The notes beneath the pieces were generated by a model. That model saw nothing but the letters and a program-made list of their open reading frames with translations, made no database searches and was not told where the DNA came from. A DNA stretch of 56,950 bases, the filler included, from Sluysia triapertura (Eukaryota), in NCBI GenBank assembly GCA_046118255.1. It is 4 parts of 4 records of this genome, joined end to end, with 100 filler letters (N's around TTAATTAATTAA, not from the genome) between each part and the next. Parts side by side here need not be neighbours in the genome. Positions count along the whole stretch, not along the records: positions 18,537 to 34,161 come from JBJNIA010223464.1; positions 34,262 to 45,411 come from JBJNIA010188211.1; 2 more parts are not named here. One strand, given 5' to 3'. This document shows positions 24,601 to 39,001 of the stretch, piece by piece (positions within the stretch are counted from its first letter, which is position 1; each line of letters opens with the position of its first letter). A program made the position numbers and the translations under genes.

Positions 24601-26025
24601 CAGCCACTAGCTCACCTTTGCTTTATTTATTATCGAATATATTAGATCTTATATATTTTCGGTGTTGGATAAAAAATTAAAAACTATCATACAGTTTTCG
24701 TCTTTTATTTTAGGTAAGGATGTAAAGAGAATAAAAAGCTTCCTTTTATTGTCAAAGTGCCTTAAGCATTATTTTAAACTAATTCTTAATGGTAATAATG
24801 AAGTTTCTAAATTTAATAATACAATAGAATCATATCAGAATCTAATTATAAACATCAATAAATAAACGAAAAAATCAACTTTCAAAAATCTAAAAACGGC
24901 ATATCAGCTATTTATCCCAAGAAAATGTGTTGCTGACTCACGATCACAAGTCGGAATCAACAGTATCGAATTCCAACCGACGTTCACAATCGAAGATCTC
25001 AAGCGTGATCCTCCTTCTTCAACCCCACAATTATCCACAGCAATAAATTAAAACGACAAAACGAAACTCAATTTTATCCCTATAAAATTGACCAGCACTT
25101 AAATAGGCAATAATTTTGATATTACATTATTTTTTAAATAATTTCAATTTTAATAAAAAATTAAAATTTAGTTACAATTTTAATTGTAAAAACTTAATTG
25201 TTCTGTAAAACTTTAAACAAACCATCAATTTTCCAAAAATATTTTAGTATTATTATTATGATCATCTTTATTACAAACAAAAGATTATTAGTGAGGTATT
25301 ATCAAGCAAATACAGACACAATACTATTCTGGTCATTTCCAATCTTATCAACATTGATTGAAAAGCCACAGTTTTTAGACGAAAATAAACCGACAGAATC
25401 AAATATCTTAACACACATATTTACATATGTTTTTCACCACGTAGCACCTTTAATGTGTTAAGAATAAACGATAAACTAAAAGTGCGGAATGTAGGATCAT
25501 ACATGAATTCAAAAATGAACTTGTAAGAAAATATTAATTATATTATCAAAAATGTAAGTACTAAATAAACATAATATCAAATAGTATAAAATGTATTAAT
25601 AAAAATATTGAAAACTAATTGTTCATAATGGTACATTGTACTCAATTCCATGCATAAAAGAGTGAATATTGTACTTCAATCAGAAATAATAATTTTTCAA
25701 GTAAAAGGCAATATCATATAATACATTGTTTATAGAATTACATGTTTAACTTATAAAATCAAGAATAAAAATCAAAATCATGACGATAATCTATAATTTT
25801 TAATATATATGAAAATACTGAATATCTCTTGGAAATAAAAAATGAAACATACATGAAAGTCTTTAAGATTGCGCAATAATAATATGATACGCGACATGTT
25901 ACATACCATTTACCTCTCCAAAATATATAACCAGTTACCAGAAATTCTTTCTATTTCAGAAATATTTTAATAAGCGAATAATATATTGAAGTATTTCTTT
26001 TATAGCAGATATTAACACCATATAA

Positions 26026-26027
<2 letters not shown>

Positions 26028-26092
<65 letters not shown>
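26028..26092. repeat. (ATT)n microsatellite
   Basis: Perfect run. Confidence 0.95.
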
Positions 26093-27289
26093 GAAGGCAT
26101 TTCTCGAACCACCAATAAGTAAAAAGGGCTTACATATGTGTTGAATGAAAGAACATGAATATTTCAGTAATAGTTATGGTCTGGTGTTCAGTATTCCGAT
26201 TCTTCGGAAATGGAATATCAAAAAAGTTATATTCGTGATTTATACGATGAAATATAGAATTCGCCATTAGTATAAAATCTCATTTAATAACATTGTTAAG
26301 ATAAGTAAACAATCACCATATAAAAATTTAGAAACTTCAAATAGTCTTGAACATTTAAACTTTTAAACAGTACATAATATTGCATATTTTTTTTAAAAAG
26401 ACAACTTTATTATGTTCTGACTTTACATTATTTTCAAACTTTAATTCTGATACAACCAACATTTAAATTATTTTTCAGTATCGAAATTAATGCAAAAGCC
26501 CTGCTAATTTCATGCTCCAAATGTAAAGTGTGTTCTCTCAAATTAAATCACAAAATAAAAATGTTTTTGTAAGACAGATAAACAAGCGTTTTAAGGAACA
26601 ATATTAGAAATATTAATTAAACTTCATGTATTTAATTTAATTAAATTAATTTAATGTATTTTAAATTTTATGCATTTTAAATATTGAATGATAGTCTATA
26701 AATATTATTAAAAATTTTAGCAATTTAAAATCAATATTGAAGAAATTAAATTTATATGCTGAAAATTGATAAAGTAAGAAAATTATGTTACTAATATTAT
26801 ATAGTAAAAAAGATTTATTTTATTGTTTTTTTATAATATTATTGATGGGAATTAATATAGAAATTGTTATAAAAGAAAAAATCAAAGGCGAAAGGAGATA
26901 CCATATAACACAATTATTATCAGAAAATTATAAGCTATGGATTGTGGACATCATCATTCTTATTATATGAATCTTCGGTATAAAATAAAAAATTTTATCG
27001 TTTAATTTCAATTAACGATGTCTAAAATGCATGTTGTGCATCCGCGTACACAGCATGCAAGTCACACCAATCAATTACATAAATTTCATCACAAAAATTA
27101 CATCACAACAAGCCTTTTTGCAAAGTTGATGTTGAGTACCATGAGAGTTTAAATTATGTTTTAGATTTTGCTTCAAAACTTTTAAAAAGATTCATATTGT
27201 TCTAAAATATGTTGTCAAGTTCACTTATGTGGACCTTGCTTTTTATCTTGAAGTTTATGAAGGAATTTACATTGTTTTTAAATGTGTAT

Positions 27290-28130
27290 TATGTTCTGAA
27301 GTTCATAGAGATTGTTACGTTAATTCGAGACGTATTTTGCTTTGTGGGCCCGGATAGCTTAGTGGGTAGAAAACACATTATGTTCGAACTGCTCTTTGGT
27401 TCCACAATTTTGGAGGCGTGTGATGACTCTGCGAACATTTTTCCAGAGTTCACCTTCCGGTTACGCCGAGACATCCTCGATGGTAAATCTGATAGCTCCC
27501 TCCATACTCATTATGACTTCACCCTGAAGAAAGTATTGAGTGGAGCTTTTCAGATCAATTATTTTTCTGACCGTCAATGCTCTTTGGTCACGATTGTTGG
27601 TCTCAGTATGGTTGGAATTTGGTGCTCCCTCCATGGTCGGTGGCACCTTCCCCTCAAGAAAGTATGGAGTCGAACTTTTCGGATGAATGGTTTCTTCCGT
27701 TGTTGGTGGTGTTTTGGCGGAGTTAGGAGATTTGGTGATGTCGCATTCAAGAGTGAAGCTGTTCAGATGGGGAGCTTCCTCCATGATCATGCGTAGTTGG
27801 TCATCGGGGAAGTATGGAGAGGAGCTTTCCAACAATATCAACAGATTCTTCCTGGTAATCAGATTAATGGACCATCCTTGGTAATATACACTCAACACTC
27901 GGACTGCTCTGGTGATCCCGAACTCCAGCTCCTGATATCCAGTGCAATTCAACAAAGCTCTGAAGTTGCCAAGCTTGTTGCGGTGAAGTTATGCAGAGGT
28001 GGTCACGCACGAGGTCCTTATGCTGCTGGACCATCCTTTCCTGAGTATCCAGATCACCGTGCTCGTGAGGCGCATGCTGTTGACCTTGGTGATCCAGCAA
28101 TCATGCTCCTGGTACCAGTTTGTATATCTT
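27290..28130 (-). other. GC-elevated relic reading frame with internal peptide repeats, unidentified
   Basis: ORF 27461-27955(-) has three repeats: ESSSPYFPDDQLRMIMEEA, PKSSTPYFLEGKVPPTMEGA and LKSSTQYFLQGEVIMSMEGA; sharp compositional contrast with the flanks. Confidence 0.45.
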
Positions 28131-28249
28131 CATTATCTCTTTTGATCCGATCTTTCTTCTATAAATGTGTGCATGATGTTTTTATTTATTTTGTACCATA
28201 TTATTTTTATGTCTTGGTTTCTTTTTCTTCCTTTAATATCTTTACCAAT

Positions 28250-29080
28250 CAGTACGTTACTCCTTATTATCGCGGTCCCCTCGGCGGCGGTCCAGGCCCT
28301 TCTGACCTCTGGCTCTACGAGGATGAGATAGAGGCCTTCTTTTCCTCCCTACTTAGTAAGAATTCTTGCCTCATTTCTTCCGTTGCACAACCCTTTCTGG
28401 ACAGCCCGCGCTATTTTAAAAAATCTATAATTGGGTATAATCCGAAATGCTACTTCTTCTGCGCCATCCTTTGCATCAATAACCACTTTTCCCTCCTTGT
28501 TATTGATGCAACTGAAAAACTTTATTTTGTTCTTGATCCTCTGCGTCCTAAGAACACGAAGCGCACCATATATTATGGTAAATTACTCTCGGCCCAAATC
28601 TGCGCGTTATTAAATATTCAGGGAATAACATACCTGAATAACGCCCTTTGCCCTTTCCGCCTACAATCTAATTCCTATGACTGTGGGGTCATGGTCTGTG
28701 GCTATCTAGCCACGCTCTCGCGGACATGACCTCACCCGCGTTAACACCAACGCAATACGTCAGATGCTTCGCCCTGGCCAATCTATTGAAACATCAATGC
28801 GCCATTCTAATTCCTCACATAGCTCCCATACTATATCAAAATACATTTTGCTTTGTAAAGCTGGCGACGACACGAAAAAAGTTCAACTCCGAGACAAAAT
28901 CAATACGTGGAACATATTATATAGAGGGCAGAACAAGACAGTTATCTCCGGTCATAAAGTAGCAGTCAATAAGCACGTGGATACAATGAGGCAGAACAGC
29001 CATTCAATTTCGATTCCAACCGCTTTTCTTCATGAACGTAAGCCTTATGCTTTAAAACCCTTTCCGCGTATGAGTGCCTC
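28250..29080 (+). mobile_element. Ulp1/C48 cysteine protease domain fragment, probably the 5' part of a NeSL-like non-LTR retrotransposon
   Basis: WLYEDEI...NNHFSLLVID...YFVLDPL...QSNSYDCGVMVC has the His-Asp-(Gln)-Cys catalytic order of Ulp1. It is intronless and preceded by RGPLGGG; a frameshift near 28720 continues as GHDLTRVNTNAIRQML. No RT seen. Confidence 0.75.
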
Positions 29081-32000
29081 AAGAATGATTATAAAATTAC
29101 TATTATGTATGTTTAATAAACAAATTTTGTGTTATTTTTACTTCAAAAGGTTTTGTTTGTGTGCCTTAAGCACCAGTTTCTTAACCACGTTAATTTAGAT
29201 TGTAATAACAATTTTCTTAATGAATTAAATGATAAAAACAATAACGACAAATTAATCAATATTAAATGTAAAAATGATAAACATAATGAAGATAAATTCA
29301 ATAATCTTAATATCAATAAATACTCTTCCACAATATATGTATTGTAGAATTGTGTCTAAATAATTAAATCACTGTGTTTATTGAATTGTATTAAAAAAAA
29401 TGTGTAATCAACTTAATTACGGGGGATTATTTGAATTATTTAAGCGCTTCTATCTCGAACACATGAGACGAGTAGATAACTCGCTAAATCTAATTATTTG
29501 TATAGACAAAAAACTATTAAAGGAGTGAAATTAGAAGTTCTCAAATTTCATAATCTTACAAGAATAAGAATTTCAGAATAAAATAAAATCAATATGTGAG
29601 ACTAGTATAATAAATAAATCTGAAAGACATTTTGAACATTTCAAATAAAGAAAAGACGAAATCATCAACACATTTTATACCAAAAAATTTTAATCAAAGA
29701 TAATTAATAAATTTTACATTATTATAATTATAGCATCAATTTGAAAACTGAATTATAAAAACTACATCGCACATAACAACGATAATAAACGATAATAATC
29801 GTATATAAAGATATAAAGGATAATAAAACACACTTTTCCGTATAATTTTAAAAATTATGGAAACCGAATAATACAGGTCAGAATGTAATGAACCATAGTA
29901 ATTTAATATATATAATAACTAATACATTATCAGCCTCATTCAAAACCTAAGATCCATAAAAGATGTAATTCACTACAATTGTTTTGAAATGGGAAATTCT
30001 GAATTATAAATTGCAACAAAAAACAATAAACCAAAAACCTTCGTCGCATAAATCAACAATGACTAAAGAAAAATCATTGAATTAGTATTCGAAATTCTAA
30101 ATTATACTATTATACATCAGAAATTTATTCAATCAAAACAGATTTTTCCATAATGCAATCAAAACTTTAATTAATTAATTGACAAAATCTATCCAAGTAT
30201 TTTTAATTAGATTTTGAAAATTTGACATGAATAAAAATAATCATTCAACAACAAAGATATATAAATATTTTAAACTCTAGTATTACCAAGAGCAGGCAAA
30301 ATTGTCCACAATTCATGTTTCCTTATTTTCAATAAATTGCATATTTAAACACTCATTACATATTCTTGCATTTACCACACATTAGAAATTCTAGCTTTTT
30401 CCTTTTCTTAGCGTTTGACAGAATATTTATAACAAATAAAGCATCTTACTCGTAATGTTGTTGATTATGTTTAAATTTTTCTCTGGGCAAATGGCTTTGA
30501 TTCCGCTCAAAACATCAGTATGCAATTCTACAATGTTTTTTAATATGCAACGATAAACGTAGAAAAATTAAAATTGAAAATAATTAAAAATTCACGTTTT
30601 ATGAAGCGGAAATGATTTTAAATTTAACGGGATATTTATAAAATTACAATAAAAAAGCTTCAAAACTTCCGCTCAATATGTTTATTAATTATAAAAACTG
30701 AAAATAGCTGTGGATAATTATCAAATCGTAGGATTATTGTAAATATGTTATTTGTAACGAATATATTACAAAAGTAAAATATGTAAATGAAACATTTAAT
30801 AACAAATTTAATTTTACAAATAAAATTATAACCTATAATTAACCATTACACCGTACGATTGTTTAATACCTTTCGGAGAAGGATTTGCTAACCAATTTAT
30901 TCGCCATATAATAGCACCGTTTTTCAAATGAAAATGACCTAAATAAATTAAAATAGTTATGTAATTTGAATATAAATTAATAATAATAATAACCCCCAAA
31001 ATAAGTTATTAAGTAACTTATAAATTAAATATAAATAATTTTAAACTAAGTCAAAACGAAGATGTATTACAATTAGCACCTAAATAATTATGAGGAAATT
31101 GGAATGAATTAAAAAATAATCAGAAAAATGTTTAGAAAAACTTCAAAAACATTTAAATAGTAAAAAACGCTTAGAAAATTTAAATTAGACAAAAAATACA
31201 CATAAAAAATAGCCAAGAATAAGTCACACTTAATTACCACACAAAGACATCTGTGCAGTAAACGTAAACGCTAATAAAAGTGAAAAATCCGCTAACAATG
31301 AATACTAACATTACAAAAAACTTATAACTTTTATAAATGAATAAAAGTACATGGTTAAAACGATAATACATGAATTATAATTAACCCCTATATAAATTAT
31401 TGGTTAATATATAACTAAATTGGTTAGGTAGTCGAATTTAAACGAAAGTTGATGCTGTGATATAAATTAATTATAGCATTATGGATATATTTTGTTACGA
31501 GCAAAATACTATACAAATAGCAAAATTTTGTACAGGATTAGTCATTGTAACTAAGATTATTAACCCAGAGAACAGTTCTTTTGCAACGTGTAAATGCAAT
31601 ATTCTAAAATTAATACGTTCTAAAATTCGTTTTTATAACTAATGCCTTCTCAAATATTATTACAAAAATTATTTTTTACTTTTTGTATTTAGAAATGGGT
31701 TGACAAACTTAAACCCGTACCTTTAACAAACAAGAGATAAATCAAAAAATTTACAAACCCTAAACTATAAATTGTGAAATTGTGATATGTCTACAAGCCA
31801 CAGCTAAGACTTTTTAAAGCAACTTGTTTTCTTAGATAAGCTACGACGGTTGCACGGGATTTTTCGGTACTAAAAAGAAAAATTCTTTGTCAATAATTTA
31901 AACAATTAAAAGAAAGAAAGATATGTCAAATTGACAATATTCATAGTATAAATTGTATATATACTTATGTGATGTCAGTTATCATTCGAAAGCACTTTAT

Positions 32001-32291
32001 TAATATTGCCAACCATTGATTATTTTATATTGTAATAAGTGCGATATATGACAATAACTATTGATAATGACAAGATATTTGAATTAACATCACCAAACAA
32101 TAAGTAAAAATAAGAATATAAAGCAAAAACAGTTATTATTCCCTGATACACACCAAAATAGTAATTACAATAAAACTATGTTTACCATAATCGATCAATA
32201 ATTAATTAATTTGTTTAATTACACATTACATAGTATTAATAATACTACTGATAACTATAATGAGACTAAAATAATATAATCATAGTAATGC

Positions 32292-32316
32292 AATAATAAT
32301 AATAATAATAATAATA

Positions 32317-32356
<40 letters not shown>
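32292..32356. repeat. (AAT)n microsatellite
   Basis: Near-perfect run. Confidence 0.95.
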
Positions 32357-32357
<1 letters not shown>

Positions 32358-34161
32358 TAACATAATAATCAATTGTTTAATCTTAATTTTTCATTTTTTA
32401 AATTATTTTAATTTTTAAATTTCTCAATTTTAATTTTCAAATTTTTAAATTAAATCTGAAATATATTTAATAAACTTATTTTAAAGTAAAATTAAAATCA
32501 TTATCATTAAGATTATAATGCTTTAAGTTAATTTAAAATGAGATCTAATACAGTTAGTATAAATTTAAAATTTAATAACAAATAGTAATCAGTTTAAATC
32601 GAAATTAAAGAAATTGTTATTTTAAAATGAGATTTTATAAAGATAATATAACCTTTTTTATTTTAAGACCATACAGATCATTCTAAAATTATATTAAATT
32701 ACGATCAAATACAAATAGTGTGCAATTAAAAATTAATAACATTATTTTCGATTAAAATCAACTTAAATCAAAGATTGGGCAGAACAGAGAGAATGATGTA
32801 ATATCAAAGCTTTTTCAAAATTAAAAGCATTATAATCGAGAAAAGTCATATTAAAATGAGATTGAATATAAATTATATGTAATTAAAATTCACTAACATA
32901 TTATTTAGATGATACTTGGCATTCAAAAAATTATTTAATTATTGTATAAAATAATATTGAAATTAGTATTACATAAAATATTGAAACTATTGAGAAAATT
33001 ATTATTATTATTACTATGATTTATTAATAACGTTGACTGGTTATTGACAAATTATTATTTATTGTTAATCATTATTATTATTGCAGGGATTAGTAGAACT
33101 TATTAGTAGTATTATTCCATATTAAAATTAATATTAACAACTATAAATAGTACACACACAAGATAAAAATACATAAGAAATATATCGTACAAAAACAAAA
33201 ATTGATATTTTGGACGACAAATTTATTACAGGAATTATTGAATATACTAAAAAAATTTCAACTGATTGGAATTAGGTGATCCGGCTATTAATTGAAACGA
33301 AAACGAAGTGTAACGATCGGAATTAACTGGTATCATAAGGAAATTTCAAAAGTGAGTGACAAATAATACATCTACCATCTGAAAAGTTAAATTTAATAAG
33401 ACATATTAATAAAATTAATAATTTTAATTTCATCAGTAAATTTAAAGCAATGTATCTGTATTTTGTTAAATATCCAAATCAAACTCATTTTAATATTTTT
33501 TAATACTAATAATATACATTTATCTAATTACTTTAAACATTTTCGTAATCCTATATACTTGTATTTAATAATAAATTTGAGTAAACGCGTTTTTTGTTTT
33601 TATTTTGCCCGAGTTAAAATCCTATTAATTGAGACACTACGATAACGTATATTTAGGGTAAGTTCAGATGAATAGTGTTTGTTAATTGATAACTTCGAAG
33701 CAAAAACTTGCTTACGTTTCCATTCCAGGTTATCGGAACGAGTATCCTAGCTCGCACTTCTAGGATAAATAAGACAAAACATAAATATTACTTAAATGGT
33801 GCAACTATAAAGAGCTTAAGCTTTTTTTTAACGATTAGTAAGCAATGATATTTAAAGTATATAAAGTTGAGAATTCATTGTATTGCAAAATAGCAATATT
33901 TTACAGTCTACACTTATCATAAATTGATAAAGTACGAGAATAGATATTAAGTTATTGATAGGAGAAAACACCTAGTGTCATTTGAAAAATTTTCAGAGCG
34001 ATTGTGAAGTATAAAATAGAAATGTCAGAAATTACTTGTATATATTGTTATTATCCTTAAATTGTATATATTTTATTATTGAACATTTAATTTTATTATT
34101 ATTATTATATTTAAATAAAAATTTTTTAGAAATTAAAAAATTAAAATATTAAAAATTTAGA

Positions 34162-34261
34162 NNNNNNNNNNNNNNNNNNNNNNNNNNNNNNNNNNNNNNN
34201 NNNNNTTAATTAATTAANNNNNNNNNNNNNNNNNNNNNNNNNNNNNNNNNNNNNNNNNNNN
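34162..34261. other. Artificial 100-bp contig spacer
   Basis: 44N-TTAATTAATTAA-44N. Confidence 0.95.
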
Positions 34262-35274
34262 TTAATCGATTAATTTATCAATTTTATAACTAATTTATTG
34301 TGACATGGATTTTAGCACGTTTGCATCGTCTTCATGATTATGACACAAATAATTAGTAATTCAGATAATGAGCATGACACTATAAGATATAAGTTTCATC
34401 CGAACTGTACTTACTGAAAAGCTATGTCCAACATTAAAATGTATTAAGAGAAATTTATATTTTTGGTAGTTTCTATAAAATTCAAATTTTTCTGTCCAGA
34501 ATTTGTTCAAATTTATCTTCAATCCGATATTTCACTGTCTAACCAATTTAACTCGATAATAATTTATAGATGTTGGATGTTATACCAAGGCTGTGTAGTT
34601 AGTTAGTTACTTATTTATTTAAATCCACCACATAGTTAATATATCTTTGTGTTTGTAAGTATTCATTTTTAGCAAGTGTTTCATATTTTATTTACATCTA
34701 CTACGATTCATATTTATCTATTAGTGGCTGGCTTAATTTCTTAATTTCTCTTGTTTATGTCAATATTTTCTGAGTTTCTTAGCAATTTTTTTCAAACGCT
34801 CGAAGATATTTAAATATACATATTTTAGATATGATAAAGTAAATGTAATACAATGTTGTGTAAATTCATTTTAAATGTTTTTATTTGAACTCTTTTCATA
34901 ATTATTTACAGAAAATACAAAAATTTATCTGCAACATACGATTCGATAATGTATCTATTTTATATAATTTATTTTCGTTGTCACTAGAGCATCGTGAAAT
35001 TCTAAAAGGTTTTATTGCAACAGAAAACATAATAAATCACTATTTTGTTTGCCAGCACAGATAATAATTGATAATAATAATTGATAATAAACATAATATT
35101 TTATGTAACTATTTCTATTTTAAATAGCTTCAAAATATCAAGTCTCCGCAATATTATCCTATGCTATATCAAATAGAAAATATCGATGTCAATAATAATT
35201 ACATTCTAATGGCTACTGTGTTATTATCATTATTACACCATCTATTTCAATATCCATATCATTAATTATATTAA

Positions 35275-35317
<43 letters not shown>

Positions 35318-36559
35318 GTTCAGATAAATCAATAAACCAATATTTTTCACAGTCCTTGACAACTCTATTTTTAGTACACTCATCTACAATTCGATTAATT
35401 AATTTTTTATTTGTACTTATAATGGAATTATTATTGGCGGTTACTTTTAGAAGAGATTATTTGGTCCATACCTAAAGCAATAAAAATCTAAATTTTCTGT
35501 TTAGTAAACCGAAGCTATCATAAAGATGATAAATCAGTAGATAGAAATGGACTAATTTTTATTTCAATTAAAATATTGTGAATTAAATTCGATCATAATG
35601 TAAATAAATGGAATAATTGAAAATTATATGTTAATAAAAAAAATGTGGAAATAAAATTCGCATTTGTATCCATCTTGGAATCGATAAAAATCTGAACATA
35701 TGGATCAATCCATTAGCTGAAGTCCATCACGATCTTACAAGTTACTATAATTTTGTATTTGTGCTACTTACATACACTGACATTTTTTATTTTATCTGAT
35801 ATCAAAATTTGGAATAGAATCATTGTCCAATGATATGTCAAGATCAAACATGGTTGTTCATAAATTATAAAATCAGTACACAAATATGACTGATAAATGT
35901 GATAAAAATAAGATAGAATGTAAACAGAATGTCAATTAGAAATAATGAAGAAAAGATCAAAATAACAGTGTGATGAAACGATAGACAATAGACCAAAGTA
36001 TTAGAGAAATTACAATTTTGATTGGTGTTGAGCCAATTTTAAGGTGGATTAGGACTGAAGTAATATTGTAAACGATGGATATTTTACATATTTGTTTCAT
36101 AATTAAAGATAATTAAAGAATTGAGTAAATTAATTGATAAAAGTTAAATTAATTAATAAGATTAAAATTTATTTAAATTAAAAATTATAAATTAATTGAA
36201 CAAAAGAACGCTGTCGATTTGTTACAAAAATTGATAGTGAGTATCTTAACTGGTTTCATAATCCTTAATATTTGTTAAATTGTTTTAATGTGAAACATCA
36301 ATAAAACAGCAACATCAGTGAAATTAAATGAAAATTTGTGTAAACAGATCGATAATTTTAAAATAATAATAATAATAATAATAATGATTTATATTATTTA
36401 TCTCAATCTCTGAAAATACCAACAACGAATATTTATTTAATACTTTCTTACATGATTATATTGAATGGAAATAAACAAAGTTGTTGTTGTTAAATTGAAA
36501 TATAAACGACGTAAATAAAAATGTTATATTTATCATAATTTCATATGAAAATTATTCAT

Positions 36560-36925
36560 TTTGTTTTAGAACAATATTTTAACAAGAATTAAATTTAAAA
36601 ACACATTCTTCTTGCATTTAGAACGAAACACATTATTATCCTTCTCTAAGTTGATCTTCTTGCAATTTGAAACCTCTTCTGTGTCTGTTTTTGATGTAAA
36701 ATGAAAATTTCGCTTACCAATTTTAAAATTTCAATTGGAGATTTACGCAAAATGTTTCATTTTAACCTTCTAGTAGAAATTGTACAGTAAAACTTCCATA
36801 AATTCCACTTATGAAGATGTATATTTTTGCCTCTAAAATAAAGTACAGTCTACCTTCTTCAAATATGAAATTTTCTCAATACTTATTTTAGATATAAAAT
36901 GGAAATAATTCTTTATAATTAGACC
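36560..36925 (+). repeat. Dispersed repeat of about 360 bp, inverted copy at 42988-43355
   Basis: ttcttgcatttagaacgaaa...tttttgatgtaaaatgaaaatttcgcttaccaa...tagtagaaattgtacagtaaaacttc is the reverse complement of 43116-43305. Confidence 0.9.
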
Positions 36926-36999
36926 AAATAGTAATATAAATTATGTGAGTTTCTATGTCTAAATGAAATTAGATATTCATAACATAGATAAGCGATTCA

Positions 37000-37074
37000 T
37001 CAGATGGCTTATTGATGACAGTCGGACCACAGAAAAGTTTTGTCTATTGACGACAGCCGCAGTCATAGGGTTAA
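37000..37074 (+). mobile_element. Possible isolated piggyBac-type terminus
   Basis: GC-richer tract ending ccgcagtcataGGG-TTAA; no partner end found. Confidence 0.4.
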
Positions 37075-37203
37075 TAATGATATTGTTATTAAATTCCTGA
37101 ATAAACTTTGACTTTAACAGTCAAATTCACTAAAATAGATGTACTAACTTTTATAATGAGTATATTTTTTATGATACACTCTTCTTATCCAAAATTTAAC
37201 AAC

Positions 37204-37700
37204 CAGGGTCGGATCTAAGGTTTTGAGCGCCCCGGGCAAAACAAAATTTGGCGCCATTTCATATAAGAATATACAAATTTACTGCGAATTAAAAAAACCA
37301 ACTTATTAGAGATAAAAAATCAGTTTTCTGCATCAATGTTGTGTAATAAAATGCAGAAAACTTCTTAGGTTTCATTATTTTTATTAATAAATTTTTGTTT
37401 TTGTCTATTAATCTGTTTTGAGCTATTACGAATTCTGACTATACAAATAGTTATCTTACAAATAATATTACAATTATTAAATATGTTTACAATATTAAAA
37501 TAATTAGCGTTTTGATCTTTATTTGGTATTATTAAAGAAAAAAATTTATTGCTTGCTAAAACAATCAATGTCTCATGAAAAATGATCGATTTTAATTTAT
37601 AAAATATAAAAAATTAATAATGAATGTAAAAAAATATTTTATTTTTATATTGGCGTCCCTTATGATTTGTCGCCCCGAGCAGTCACCCGACTTATTCGCC
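37204..37700. mobile_element. Non-autonomous hAT-like MITE relic
   Basis: Begins cagggtcggatctaagg; GC-rich gcgccccgggca / tcgccccgagca subterminal motifs at both ends around an AT-rich core. Confidence 0.55.
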
Positions 37701-38453
37701 GTTGTTACCAACATTCATTAAATTAACAAAATGATATATTACAAGCTTTTTCTTTTCTCTTTTTTCGTTATTGTTTCTTTGTGTGTCTTTTTCATTTGCC
37801 ACTAATCCAATTTGGAAATGTATTATGAACTTTCAATTTTATCGATTCTTTTATAAAAGAGCACATTACATTGTTTTATTATTCGTAAACTTTCTTAAAT
37901 TATAAACTTTATAAAACCTTAAGTAATGTTATTTTGACTTTTAAATTATGTTCTAATTCCAAATATATTTTAATTATTATGTAAAATATTAAAAATATAA
38001 AATAATAGTTAAGTTAGCTATGATAAACTAAATTGTATATAAAATTTGGTAAGAACAGATTGTACAGTCGGTGCAATGTATAATATAATAAGATAAAATA
38101 TACACAATAATCAGAATATAAAGATAGAAATTAGTCATTGCAGGTGAGGTATATTTGATCTATACTGGTCAAGTTATGGAAGTATTATTTCAGTGATTAT
38201 GTATTTAGATTAACACAATCAAAGTCGGTATTAATAAAATTATTAAAATAAATAACACGCAAATATTTATGAATTATTAAATATAAGAATCCAAAATCTT
38301 GTTAATTTATATATTTATAGTCGAACTGTGTTTATTATTGTGGTAAATAAAACTTAGTCAAATTTAGATTTATTTTTAGTATAGTTCTATTTCACTTCTA
38401 CCCTTCTACATATTTCGATTTTAAAAATACAAAAGACTTTTTTTCAATTGAAA

Positions 38454-39001
38454 AGTTTCCCGAAAATAAGACAGGGCCTATATTAATTTTCACTCCAAAA
38501 TATGACACACAGGGTTTATATTCGAGGGTGTCCTATCGAAAAACAATGTTACTAAGTATAGAATTATGAAATTTCTAAATATACACAAATCATGAAAACC
38601 GATTTACATTTACTAACCATAAATAATTCAAAGGTTTCTGTCACAATGAACATTCTTAGTTTAACTGAATTTCAATGTTTTAAGTCATTTTCGTGAATAC
38701 TGCTAATAAAATCTTACTTGGAGGATTGTCTGAAAGTGAATCACAATCAGAATCAGAGTGAGTCACAGTCAGAAAGTGAACCAGAATGCTTTGACAATGA
38801 AATTATTGTAATTTAAAGTTAATTGTGCTTTAAATACAGAATTATATATGCTAAAGAACGCATTGGGCGTCGTTTCAAACCATTCATTGACTTTTATTAA
38901 GTATCCTAATTGGCTATCAGTCAGGGTTTATTTTAGGGATAGGTCTTAAATAAAAATCACACTGAAACATCACGCTAGGTCTTATTTTTAGGGAAACACA
39001 G
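38454..39001. mobile_element. Tc2/pogo-like MITE
   Basis: Left gtttcccgaaaataagac vs right gtcttatttttagggaaacacag followed by TA; internal repeats of the agggt.ttatt motif. Confidence 0.75.

Noticed and set aside
27797-28729. 310-aa ORF as a single gene
   Set aside because: The first half is the antisense of the minus-strand relic plus an AT-rich linker; only about 28250 onward has Ulp1 motifs.
29560-30250. Possible CR1/L2-like LINE 3' relic
   Set aside because: Only faint hints (NRFFHNAIK); no RT motif could be read with confidence.
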